Origin: Octopus sinensis
Lineage: Eukaryota
Assembly: GCF_006345805.1 (NCBI RefSeq)
Contig: NC_043002.1
Location: 60,512,001 to 60,576,000 of the forward strand
DNA: 64,000 nt
Direction of reading: 5' to 3'
A model generated the notes under the pieces. That model was not told the origin of the DNA. It searched no databases and worked only from the letters and a program-made list of their open reading frames with translations. Position numbers and translations under genes: made by a program. Shown piece after piece: positions 37,091 to 50,061 of the stretch (its first letter is position 1; each line of letters starts with the position of its first letter).

Positions 37091-37408
37091 TGAACTGCGT
37101 CAGTTCCGCTGTTAATTTGAGACTCTATATGTATGCCTCTATGCTTGAATGCATGCATGCATGTATGTATGTATGTATGTATGTATGTATGTATGTATGT
37201 ATGTATGTATGTATGTTTGTATGTATGTATGTATGTATGTCAGTCTGTATGTATGTATGTATATATGTATGTATGTTTCTATTTATATCCCTATATCTAT
37301 ATATAATATACAATTACATAAACATATAAATATGTAGTTGTATGTGTGTATATACATATTTGAGTACAATATATATTTTGTATACATATGTATGTGTATA
37401 TGCATGCA

Positions 37409-37447
<39 letters not shown>

Positions 37448-37741
37448 GTGTGTGTGTTGTGTGTGTGTGTGTGTGTGTGTATATATGGAAAAAAAAGTCA
37501 AGATAGAAAATGCGGAAATAATTTTATAAAGGCATTTCATTACCGGTTTCAGTAATTAAGACGTTTCAACTGTAAGTATGGAAAACAATTCAATTTTGGA
37601 AAATTTAAAAGAAAAGCTTTTTTAAAAGAATATCTGCATACTATTCAAATACAAGAGGCATTTTCCTTGTTTCTGCCTGTTTCTTTCTCTCTTGTTTACT
37701 CTTGTGGGTTCGATATCTACATATATATATATATATATATA

Positions 37742-38021
37742 TCACGTGATCACGTGACCGACCAGTCCATCAGATGTAGTTACACATCGCTGGTCACCGT
37801 GCGTTCGCATTGTGTTTTAGCCTTCGAATGACGCCATCCCGCTGGCTAAGAGTGGGAGAAAGAGTGGTGAAAGAGTACAGCAGGGATCACCCCCCCTGCC
37901 GGAGCCTCGTGGAGCTTTTAGGTGTTTTCGCTCAATAAACACTCACAACACCCGGTCTGGGAATCGAAACCGCGATCCTACGACCGCGAGTCCGCTGCAC
38001 TAACCATTGGGCCATTGCACC
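37742..38021 (-). mobile_element. SINE family C with tail 2 ending in (CACGTGAT)n
   Basis: Head is the reverse complement of 34841-34960; tail shared with 56578-56876. Confidence 0.85.
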
Positions 38022-38023
38022 CC

Positions 38024-38056
<33 letters not shown>

Positions 38057-38120
38057 ATATATATATATGTATAAGTATATGAAAGAATGGAGTTGAACGA
38101 CTAGTTAATAAATATCCTTT

Positions 38121-38205
38121 ATTCTCGACACATGTTTCGATGGCTGCATATTCCTAATTCCGAAGGAATAGGGAGTACATTATGCAGATTTCTCCTCAGG
38201 AAAAT
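38121..38205 (-). ncRNA. Type-I hammerhead ribozyme with intact core and extended stem II
   Basis: AUUUUC-CUGAGGA-GA..CUGCAUA..ccua-uucc(UUCG)gaa-uuagg..UAUGCAG..UC-GAAA-CA(UG)UG-UC-GAGAAU: 6-bp stem I and a GUC triplet; predicted cleavage between plus positions 38127 and 38126. Confidence 0.75.
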
Positions 38206-38264
38206 CAAGGAAACTTATGTCGACATTAAAATGCAGAAAAAAACTTTTACCTGACCGCTCTCAA

Positions 38265-38736
38265 GGAGCCCATGGCGATAATGAGTGTCTCTTTATAATG
38301 AGTGTCTCTTTATAATGAGTGACGAAAGAGTGGCTGAATGTAGAAGAATCTAGAAGTTTCTAAAGGTTCAAGAGTTCAAACGAAGTAGGAGGAGGGAGGC
38401 ATAAGAATAGTAAGGTGAGAAAGTGCAGGTCAAAAGAATGGTGGGTTTAAATGATTTCTTTTGTGAATGAGTGCCTGTGTGTGTGACTGTATGTAACTGT
38501 CTTAATGTGTGTATAAGACAGTTATATACAGTCACACACACAGGCACTCATTCACAAAAGAAATCATTTAAACCCACCATTCTTTTGACCTGCACTCTCT
38601 CACCTTACTATTCTTATGCCTCCCTCCTCCTACTTCGTTTGAACTCTTGAACCTTTAGAAAGTTCTAGATTCTTCTACATTCAGCCACTCTGATGTCACT
38701 CATTATAAAGAGACACTCATTATCGCCATGGGCTCC
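38265..38736. repeat. Largest fold-back: near-perfect 472-bp hairpin (arms 240 and 223 bp, 9-nt loop)
   Basis: 38265-38504 versus 38514-38736. The length difference is one extra 17-bp unit (ATAATGAGTGTCTCTTT) in the left arm. Confidence 0.95.
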
Positions 38737-39398
38737 GTCATATACTTATAATTCTTTCATATACTTATAATTTTAAAATAAACATACAAATTTCCGCACG
38801 AAGACACGTAGTCTATGCCCTAGGGACGTAGCTTCAACCGTGTTCTTTCTGATGTGAATTTGCTACCCAGGTATCGGTTATCTTTCGAATTATCCTTAAT
38901 AAGATAATTCATTCAATTACTCAAATATATATATATATATACATTTATACATTTAGATATATATACACATATATATATGTACATATATATATATGTGTGT
39001 GTACATCTATATATTGGTATATAGATTGATAGATACACAGATAGACAGATAGATACCTAGGAACATATATACATGCACATACATACACACATATATGTAA
39101 GAGAGAAAAGGTGATAGCGGCGATGAGCAGACGTCGCTAATTGTTTAACTATTTCTTAATCTTTAAGATAAACATATCTTACACCCTAATTCATGACGAT
39201 AAAAGAGTCAATAGTAGATAAAGGAAAAATTGAAACGAAGGAATTAGTGAATGAAAAAGTGAGTTAAAGAATAAGACGGAGAGACAATACTACTGGTAGT
39301 GAGAATAGGTTTATTCAAATGATTTACATTTATGATAATTAAGCGACAAGATTGCGAAGGAACGCTATATACAACCGAGATTGTACAAAATACTTTAT

Positions 39399-39540
39399 AC
39401 AGCTGTGTGGTAACAATGTTGCTTGTCGGCGACACGATTGCGAGTTCATCCCCACTGCGTGGCACCTTGGGCAAGTTTTCTACTATAGCCTTGGGGCGAC
39501 TAAGAGTCTTGTGAGTGGAAACTGAAAGAAGCCCGTCGTA

Positions 39541-39612
<72 letters not shown>

Positions 39613-39655
39613 CATACATATATATATATATTATATATATATATATATATTATAT

Positions 39656-39687
<32 letters not shown>

Positions 39688-39895
39688 AATACATATATAT
39701 ATAATATATATATAAGTATATATATATATACATAAATATATCTGTGTGTATTTCTTTGCCTGTGGTTGTCCCCAACGACCGCGTTTCACAACCGGTGTTA
39801 GTGTGTTTATGAGCCCGTAACTTAGCGGTTCAGCGATGGAATAAGCACTAGCACGGCCGCAATCGAACACCTGAAACAAGTGAAAGAATCAAAGA
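39399..39895 (+). mobile_element. SINE family A with internal (TA)n expanded to about 200 bp
   Basis: 5' half 39399-39538, (TA)n-rich tract, then 3' half from about 39750 to GAAACAAGTGAAAG. Confidence 0.8.
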
Positions 39896-40149
39896 ATAAA
39901 CGATTATATAGCTTTTGCATAACAAATTCATATTTTATTATCATATGTAACTTCCAGCATTCTATATTGCTATTAATTTAATTTCCCTTTAATTAGTCCT
40001 GCTCGGGAATTAGAGATTTTATTATGAACGTATAATTAATAGAAAAACTCGTCTTTCATGTCATCAGTTCTGTGTGTCTTTCGTTCTATTAAGGATAAAA
40101 TTAAACTCAGATTTAATGAATTCAATCAAATTCCACCGTCAATAGACGC

Positions 40150-41000
40150 CTTATGTATTCAGTGACAGATGCAATCTCATCTCTACATCTTACCCGTTCA
40201 TTGGCAACGTTTGGTTTTTCCACTATGTTTCTCCCAGTACATTCTTTGATGTTGTCTATTCACCCTATTCGATGTCTTCCTGTAAATCTTTTACCAGAGG
40301 TTTATCGGTGGATGGTGTTAATCTCTAAGAAGTAAGATGTCGTAGCTCGCTGTTTCATGATCAAAACACTTCCTTTTCCGCCTTCTTAATAAATCACATG
40401 TGTTTTCGGTGTTTGTAGCCTTCCCAACAATTTATTTCTTAACACGCTTGTTAGATTGACGCATTGTATATCAAACGCGCAGACGTCTTTCAATAAATTT
40501 TCAATTCAATCTCTTTAGCCTTTTCTCTACTTCTAGCATCTATAGTCCATGATTCGCAGTCATAGATTACATTTAACATCACTACAGCTCGTAACAAGTG
40601 AATATCTGCCGTTTGTGTAAAGTTAATTAATTATCAATATTTGCATATTCTCAATTGGAAACAACTTGTTCCTTCGTTTTCTCTGCGAAATCCTTTTAAA
40701 TGTTCTAACATTTTAAAAAAGTTATTTACTTCAATCACCAGCCCCAACAATGATTTCCTTTGTACTAGAATTGTTTCTCTTTTCTTTTTAATTATGGAAA
40801 ACTACAAAATTGTTTTCATTATAACACTGCGTACATTTCAAATCATTCTAAATATTTTATTAAGTTTTAACCAATTGTCTCTTTCTGTATTCCTATTTAT
40901 CTCATTCAAAATTGCCTTTTCACTACCTGACTCTAATATTTCAATTCGATCTCGTGTAAATAATTTTAGGTTCTTCGATATTTCTTAATATTTTTTCACG
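40150..41000 (-). mobile_element. Old, heavily decayed RTE-clade LINE (internally deleted)
   Basis: LLRAVVMLNVIYDCESWTIDAR..DLLRRRKRKCF.H..GRHRIG*IDNIKECTG..ANER. The upstream block EILESGSEKAI.. resembles the pre-RT region. Confidence 0.7.
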
Positions 41001-41980
41001 TATTTTTATCGTTTTATGTTAGCTACATTTTCATATTAGATTTTGAAATATAATCTTATAATACCAGTTCGTTCTCTCTTTAGAAATTTAAATTTCCAAA
41101 ATCCGTCGCCAGAAAAAAAAAATCATTTCTTAAATCTTCCCTTTCCAAAGAAATACTTTGCCAACGAAATCTTAGCAAGGAAAAAAGATTCATTAAACTA
41201 ACATATCCAGTATTAAACAGTTAAGCAATGTTAACGCTTACACACACTCAAAACAATTGTTTCACTTCAACTTTTGCAAAGTCTGCACAAATTTTCTGCA
41301 TTATGAGAGATTTAAAGATCACCAACTTGTTAATAGCCATGAGGCAACCATATCACGCGATCATCCGCTTCCGTTTATATCTTCATCCATATTTTAATCC
41401 AATGGTAGGTCAGTCATAATATTTCGACTATAGTAAAAATATTAGATAGGTACTCAACCCGCACATAGATAACACAGTATGAAAAGAAATACGTAAAATG
41501 GATTGAAGCGAAAACTGAACAAAACGAAAAGAAGACGAAAGCAACGAATGTAAGGAGATGAAATGTGGATTATATTGAAAAGAGACATGTTTGCGTGGGG
41601 AAAGAGAGCTTACGGTGAAAGAGGAAATCACTAGGAAAGGAAAATATTTAGCTTAGAAGGGAAAGAGGGGTAGAGAGGCAGACAGGAGAGAGAAAGAGAG
41701 AGAGAGCGAGAAAAGAGAACAGCAAAGGAGTAAGGCAAAAGAAGTATAGACGGCAGAGAAGTAGACGAAGGGGAGGCAAACACCCAGAGAATATACTGCA
41801 AGTGCCTATAATAGCATTTGTTAAATCTGTCCGTAACGTAACTTCAGATTTGTCTCACATTGATCCGCTCTCAGCGCTCTCTCGTTCTCTCCTGTACATA
41901 TATATATATGTATGTACAAACACAGACACTCGCACAAATATACACACATACATAAATACATACATACATCCACTCATGTA

Positions 41981-42042
<62 letters not shown>

Positions 42043-42392
42043 CACATCGGCAACACTCGTTTATTTTCTTGAAAATGGGGTCATAAACCCGAAATATTGA
42101 ATACAAGGTAAGTCTACATTAAATTATATATTTGTTTTCTTGTGATTTACCTTGCCTTTACTTTTGCATTGATTTAGCCTTACCCACTATCCTTTATACA
42201 ATATATTCTACACAATGCCTCATAGTAATTGTTCCATTATAGCAACATCAAGAGGGGAATTATGTTTGTATGTACATACACACAGACATAAATACCCTCT
42301 TGGTGTTGAAATTCCAATGAAGGAGACATGGATCTAGGTTAGAAACCGGTTCTTCTCTATACGGAAGAGATCTTGGAATAATACTGGCCAAT

Positions 42393-42461
<69 letters not shown>

Positions 42462-42505
42462 ATAATCTCTAAACGAGATATAGACAGTAACTGCTCCAAA
42501 ACATA

Positions 42506-42551
42506 AGGGACGTTAGCCATCTGAAGCGACATTCAGATGGCTAACGTCCCT
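42506..42551. repeat. Perfect 20-bp stem, 6-nt loop, abutting (TA)n
   Basis: AGGGACGTTAGCCATCTGAA-gcgaca-TTCAGATGGCTAACGTCCCT. Confidence 0.92.
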
Positions 42552-43273
42552 ATATATATATATATTTGTGTGTGTGCGTGTATGAGTGTGTGTACGCTTT
42601 TCTCAGTTAAATTACTCTCTTTAGCATGAAAAATGCCATATTGTTATTTATTTGTTTTATCTCGATTTCTCAACTTACTAACATGTTCGCTGATGATCAG
42701 GCCTCTGGGTACTAAATAGAGATGAAGATACATCTGACGTAAATACTCCTGCAGGTCAAAGTAAATTTATCTTACCAAGAAGATCTCGCTGCCATCTCAG
42801 TTATAAAAATGTTAAATTCATTAAATACTTTATTGGTCCACCACTAGGTAGGCTCGGCTTGAAGAATCGAACTTGCGATCTTTACTACAGCATTATAATC
42901 ACATCTGCGTATTACCGCATCTGTGAGGAAAATCGAAAGCAGGTAATTTCGTGGTACTTATTTCTTCCCTGCTTATAAACGTGCTAAACTTCTGAAAATA
43001 GATTTTTAAAATTAAACTGTGTAAATATGCACCGTTTGATGAATATTTTCAACAGGAAAAAGCAATGTATTGTATAAGAAATATTTTAAAACAAGCCATA
43101 AAGAAAATTTACTGCGCAATTGGAGTATCTCACATTAAATAATTTAGATATATTTGCCTCTGTGTTTCTCTATATTCGACGAAAACACATTCGAAGAAAT
43201 CTGAATATATTTTAGGAGACGTTCGTTTAGTTTTTGGATTATAATTACATAGCCATGACTACATGCGATTGAA

Positions 43274-43587
43274 GGCGCTTGGCTCAGTGGTTAGAGCGTC
43301 GAGCTTACGATCGTAAGGTTGTGAGTTCGAATCCCGGACCGAGCTGCGTGTTATGTTCTTGAGCCAGACACTTTATTTCACGAGGCTCCAGTTCACTCAG
43401 CTGTAGAAATGAGTTGCGATGTTACATGTGCCAAGCTGTATCGGCCCTTGCCTTTCCCTTGGATAAGGGGAGGCTGTTAAGCATGGGTGACCGCTGGTCT
43501 TCCATAAACAAACTTGCCCGGATTTGTGACCGGGAGGGTAACTTTCTAGGTGCAATCCCACGGGCAGTTATGACCGAAGGGGGGCTC
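43274..43587 (+). mobile_element. CORE-type tRNA-derived SINE with tail 3 (RTE-like 3' end)
   Basis: A box TGGCTCAGTGG, B box GAGTTCGAATCCC, CORE-like TGTTCTTGAGCCAGACACTTTATTTCAC..CACTCAGCTGTAGAAATG, tail GGAGGGTAACTTTCTAGGTGCAATCCC..GACCGAAGGGG. Confidence 0.8.
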
Positions 43588-44548
43588 AATTCACTACCTG
43601 CGACTAGAAACTTATGATCGTTATAAAGTACAAGAAACAAAAGGAAAATTAAATACGAGGCTGAGTTAAAACGTAACACATATATAAATAGCATTACTTT
43701 TTGACTTAGCATCTTAAGTATATTCTGCGCACATTCTCTGGTCTTTGATTTAAAATTCTAACGTTCATTTCCGTCAAAAATTGATCTATAAATTTCTGTC
43801 TCCCTACGAAAACTGAATACCGGCAACGCCAGGTGTACTTTGGTAGTGTTTGTCTTTACGTAATCAATATTCGTTTAAATAGATGCTACGCGACCTAGTT
43901 TTTAATGTGCTCATGTAATGGAGAGCAGTTTAATAGATTTATGGCATTTATTTAATTTCTACTAATGATGGCAATCGAGGAGTATTGCTAAAATGAATTG
44001 GTGCTCTATGAACAATTTATATATTTAATGCATTTCTGCCTACCAAGCAATTATATTATATATTTATAACAGATTTTATACAAACGATTGCCAATCATAT
44101 AACGATCAGAATATATATACAGTTTTGCAATGTGTGTGTGTGAGTGTACGTGATTGTATGAGTGTGTGTGTAAGTGTTTGTCTGTGGGTAAATATGTGTA
44201 TGTGTGTAAGTGTGTGTGTCTATATATGTGTGTTGCATGTGTGCTTAACTCAGTGCTTGTTCAGTTAAACAATGAAATATAATGGGAAACGCATGCATTA
44301 TATGTGCAGATATTTAAGTGCACATCTGTATCTGACTGCAGACTTTGCTATTTCAATGTTTAATGGCTGATATAAACAATCGTCCTTTGATTTGCGTACG
44401 AACATGTTACATATTCTGTATATTGCGAGAATATTGTTTCCATTTTACTGCAGTTCAGATATCAATGTAATATAAGAGGCATAGTCACACACAGGCACAC
44501 ACAAGCACACACGAACACATATTATATTAATATGTATTTGTATATATA

Positions 44549-44607
<59 letters not shown>

Positions 44608-44790
44608 CATACCATACATACATACATACATACATATATATATATATTAGAAGAAATGAGGTACTCAGAAAATCGGATGGTTTATATTTACAGATATTTA
44701 TCTCTATATTACATTTTTATACATCATATAACTTAGGTCATGTATTAGATATGTATGTATAACATATTCATATATCTGTATAAGTATGTG

Positions 44791-45170
44791 CTCTTTTACT
44801 TGTTTCAGTCATTTGACTGTGGCCATGCTGGAGCCCCGACTTTTAGTCGATCAAAACCTAGTACATATTCTATCGGTCTCTTCTGCCGAACTGCTAAGTT
44901 ACGGGGACGTAAACACACTGGCATCGGTTGTCTAGCGATGTTGGGGGAGGGGCACACAGACAAACACACACACATACACACACACACATATATATATACA
45001 TATAGGCATATATACATATACACGACGGGCTTCTTTTAGTTTCCGTCTACCAAATCCACTCAAAAGGCCTTGGTCGGCCCCAGGCTATAGTAGAAGACAC
45101 TTGTCCAAGTTGGCACGCAGTGGCACTGAACCCGGAACCATGTGGTTGGTAAGTAATCTACTCCTATGCC
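44791..45170 (-). mobile_element. SINE family A, near full-length
   Basis: Reverse complement of 7460-7874. Confidence 0.88.
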
Positions 45171-45366
45171 TAACTTACCACACAGCCAGGAAAAGAAAAT
45201 ATGGGACAAGAACGTAAAACATCCAGACAGTTAGATGATACAAAAAAGGGACAACGAAACATCCGCACAGATGATGCATAAAAGGGACAAGGAAAAAGGA
45301 CAGAAAAAGAAAAAGAAAAAATGGTACACAAATACAAATGCAAATAAGAGGACAATAACAACAGGT

Positions 45367-45407
<41 letters not shown>

Positions 45408-46229
45408 TATATATATATACATATGTATATATATGTCTGCGTACATCTGTGTGTGCGCGCGCGTGCCTGTGTATGTGTGTATGTATAAGAATGTATGTGT
45501 CTCTCGATCTTGCACCGTTATCATTTGCTGACAAGCGCTGGTTTGTTTACGTCCCTATAAAGTTTTCCAAAAGATGTCGATGTGTGTTAGATAATGCAAT
45601 TAACGAACGGTGTCGATGAGCTCCAGTATAACCTTTCAGTATACATATACATGCATACGTACATATCTATACATATATATACACGTATATATGTAAGTTT
45701 GTGTGTGACTGTGACTGTATGTGACTATACACACACACACACACACACACACACCACACACACACACACACAAACACACATACATATATATAAGCATTTG
45801 AGCGTTTGTTAAAAAAGTTAATTTAATATACTGTTGTTTACGAAGCAGAACGTTTTACACAATTAATTCACTTGTATTTATTTCTCCGACAAATTTTGTC
45901 GCTATTCATTGATATATTTTATGTTTGACCGTTTTACTTGTTCCATTGCACTTCTTTTTCGAAAAACATAATATCGTGCGAAATATATATTTGTATGCCT
46001 TATAGCCAGACATATTAGATATGGCTGATTACAACGGCTCTCTTACTTGGTAGGTGATTCTGTATACAAAAGTACAAAAGTCTGCTACATACATTTCTAC
46101 ATTATGATATCTGTTCACACGATTAGTCTCTGTCCAGCACATTTTGATATTTAACTCTACACGTGTAATTGATTCCATTGCAAGAAATAAAACTCCATAA
46201 TAATATTGGTTTCCAATTCTGGAACAAGC

Positions 46230-47070
46230 TAGCAATTTCGGAGGAAGGGATATGTCTAGTACATCAACCCCAGTGTTCTCCAGATACTTATTGTTTTTAT
46301 AGATTCCGAAAGAACGAAAAGCACAGCCGATTACGGTGGAATTTGAGCTCACAACACGAAGATAGACTAAAGGACGCTATTCATTTACCCCCAGAGTGCT
46401 TGCTAACAATCTGCCATCTCACAGCTTTACTCCAGGAATGAAACGGTAAAATATATTTTTGTCAATCTCTAATACCTTATCGATATACAAAATATTGATA
46501 TTGGTTGCAATGTTTGGCACGTGGCCAACTGTTTCGAAGTGGGTGGGATAGGTCTATTACTTCAACACCAGTGTTCAACTGGTAATTATTTACCTCAACT
46601 GAAGACTAGGTGCGGTGTAATTGACCTCCCCGCTGCCACTATACTGCCAGTTTTTACGTTCTGAATTCAAACGCCATAGTAGTCGACTTCGCCTTTCATC
46701 CATTCAGAATCTGGAAAATAAGTACCAGGTGAGAAGTAGGATCATGTAATTAATTTTCGTTTTCACCCGGAATTGCAGGCATTGTGCCAATATTTGAAAC
46801 CAATATTTGCCGCCTAATCGAAGGAGATCTTTTGGTATTGCTAATTCATTTAGGCACATCTGAATTATGTAGAATACAGAGGGGTGACCGAAATTGGAAC
46901 GTCGTAAAAATGCTTAGAGGCGTTTCGCCCAACTTATGCGCTTTGTGATCAAATCCCTCCGAGGTCTACTTTACCTTTCATCCCATCGAGGTCCATGAAA
47001 TAAAGTACCACACATGTACTGAGGTCGGTGTAATCAACTTGTCCCAGCGCCTCTAAAATTGCTGGGTTTG
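46230..47070. mobile_element. Cluster of three degenerate SINE family B copies (about 46230-46370 -, 46640-46800 +, 46900-47070 +)
   Basis: Each retains GTCGAC(T)TT.CCTTTCATCC..AAAATAAGTACC or its reverse complement. Confidence 0.65.
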
Positions 47071-47362
47071 AATCCTGCAACGGACCAGCATCTCATTTAG
47101 TAGGTATCTTGGGATTTCAGTCGCTTATAAGTCACGGAAATTCGCTTACCGGTTCCATGTGTCCTAGGGCTCGGAAAAAATATTAAAGATAATGTACAAG
47201 AACTGAAAATAATCGTCATACATCACATGTATTTGTTTGTATGTTTGTTTGTTTGTGTGTATATATGTATAAAATGTCGCTTAGACTTAGTGATACTAAT
47301 AGCCTGGGATTAGAACCCGCTACACATATGCTTCAGAACGAAGCGTCAGTTGAATACAGACC

Positions 47363-47412
<50 letters not shown>

Positions 47413-47559
47413 TTAAGTGACAAAGGAATAAAAAAAAAGTGACACAAACTTCATTGGCTTAGAGCTGTTTCTCCTTTACTGACTTGAGTATAACCAACAT
47501 TCTACGGAAGACATGCCAAGAGAAACTCGGGATATTTAGCGAAGTATCTTATTTAAAAC

Positions 47560-47700
47560 GCGACACCTGACGAGATGCAGCTTGCACTGATGGATGCAAC
47601 ACAACTAGCAGTGCACTAACCCTAACCATATCCCTCCCGTAAGGAACTGATGAAGGATGGGTCGAAACGATTGTTGTGTTGAATAAATTTCTTCGTAACT
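47560..47700 (+). ncRNA. Degenerate hammerhead-like motif(s) in a probable pLTR
   Basis: CTGACGA near 47568, and CTGATGA-ag-GAT(gg)GTC-GAAA-CG at 47647-47669 followed by AATAAA. Stem I/III are imperfect. Confidence 0.4.
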
Positions 47701-48775
47701 TTATTTTTCGTTTCCCTCATTCCTTATAAACGCAACGAACTTTGAGGAATTCCTGCCGCCGTTCCAGAGACAAATATATCATTACCGGGAAGGACATCAG
47801 ATAGCCTAAACGGAGTGAGTGCTCTAATCGGCATACTACTAAGCACGCAAGCACACACACGCACAAACACACGCATACATACCTCATAGCATTAAAATAT
47901 ATCTAGAATATATTTGATATATAAGAGTGATTAAAATGTACGTGATCATTTCTGTGTATTTAAAACGACAAATGTGTTTTTAACATATAGCTACAAAACT
48001 CTAAATTGAAATGTTAGAACGTCTAAATAACCAACAACATCTACAATGTATAAAAGTGTTTTTCGATCCGTTCAAAATGTCTGCAATATATAGACCACAC
48101 ATACATGAGTCGATGGCGACTAAAAGTTTTTTACCATTCCGAACAAAATATTTTAACTCTTTCAAAAAGTTTGTTCTTCTCGAAGTTTTATCGAATGCAA
48201 AAAGTAAAATATTACGAACCACTCGTGAAAACAATGCGTTTTCTTATTTCGTTCCAAGACCACCTACTCATTGTACTTATGTTGCCTTCTGGTATTATTT
48301 CGATGTGTAGCTATTAGTCTTATGAAAATACTACTTGAAGGTAAATCATATGGTAGTGCTGATTTAATAATGCACAAACACTAACTAGTCGTTTTATATT
48401 CTGATGCACTTTGCTATAATTGGTCTTACAAAAATTGAAACCGTTGATATATGTACTGTTTATGGTTTTTTTTCCTGATTTTGCTTGCTTTTTTATAAAC
48501 ATAAAGTAGTTTCGACGCCTCAGTATACTGAACCAATGATGTCTATATTTTAAGATTCCTTAAAAAGGAAAGCAAACGAATACAAAAAAAACAAAAAGTC
48601 CCCCAAAAACAAGGGTATGTGCGTGAGGGAAAAATTAAGATTGTTGATAATAGCTTGCAAAATATATGTGAAAACTGAAAAGAGTACCACAAGTATATAT
48701 GACAAAACAAAATTGTTTCAACATAATAAATATTATTGCGTATGTGTGTATTTCTGTGCACTTGCTATATATATA

Positions 48776-48808
<33 letters not shown>

Positions 48809-48838
48809 CGTATATGTATATATATATATATATATATA

Positions 48839-48883
<45 letters not shown>

Positions 48884-49032
48884 ATATATATTATATATAC
48901 ATATAATATATATATATATATATAATATATATGTATATATATATACATATATATACGCATACATATATACATACACATATATATATTATATATACATATA
49001 TATATATATATACTTACACGTACATACGTACA

Positions 49033-49069
<37 letters not shown>

Positions 49070-49428
49070 GCACATCTCCGTGACATATATTTTTGCATAT
49101 GCGTGTGTATAGGTATCTATATCTATCTGTATATATGTGTACGCATATACACAGACGAGTAAGTAGTGCGCGCGTACGCGTCTGTCTTTATGCGTGTGTA
49201 TGTGCGTGTGTATGTGTCTTCATACGTATAAGGTCTATAAGATCTGTCAAAAGTAGGATGTCCTACTTTATTATTTAGTAAATTTGTTATGGATAATAAC
49301 GTAGCAACATACATTTCAAGTGTTTTGTTTTAATTTTAGCTCACCATTTTTAACCAAAGAGTATTCACATTGTATCGTGTTGAACTGTAATTACTAGCTA
49401 TTTGCAAATTCTTGTTTTCATCATAATT

Positions 49429-49485
<57 letters not shown>

Positions 49486-49925
49486 ATGTATATATATATA
49501 TACATATATATATATATGTGTGTATCTATATATATGTATTTATAAAAATATTATATATATAAACACGCCCGCGTATATATGTGTGTGTATGCGTGTGTGA
49601 GTGCGTGCATGCGTGTGTGTGTGTGTACGTGTACGCAACAGAGAACGTTCATATATATATATTATATTCATGAGATATTTCGTGTTATAACAGACTGACA
49701 GAGAGAAGGAGATTGATTTATAAATGACAAATACAGTCATAGCTAAATGGATGTATGGATAGATGGATGGTTGGAGGAAAATCTGCTGGCGCTTATATAG
49801 ATGCATAATACAAATAGACGCAAGCTCACAAAGAAACAAACTTGTGTACGAACAAACGTGAACCTATCCGTACGTATGTACATGTGTACGTATGCAAATA
49901 CAAAGAAGCGAGTGTGTGCATCTAC

Positions 49926-49967
<42 letters not shown>

Positions 49968-50028
49968 CATACATATATTTATGTGTTTACAAATATTATA
50001 TGTATATATATACGTATATGTATATATG

Positions 50029-50061
<33 letters not shown>

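Noticed and set aside
43274-43345. Functional tRNA genes (here and at 57643-57710 and 34841-34910)
   Set aside because: A and B boxes are present, but the acceptor stems are not closed and the sequences continue into multi-copy SINE bodies.
47615-47630. Interstitial telomeric repeat (CTAACCCTAACC)
   Set aside because: Only two units; expected by chance.
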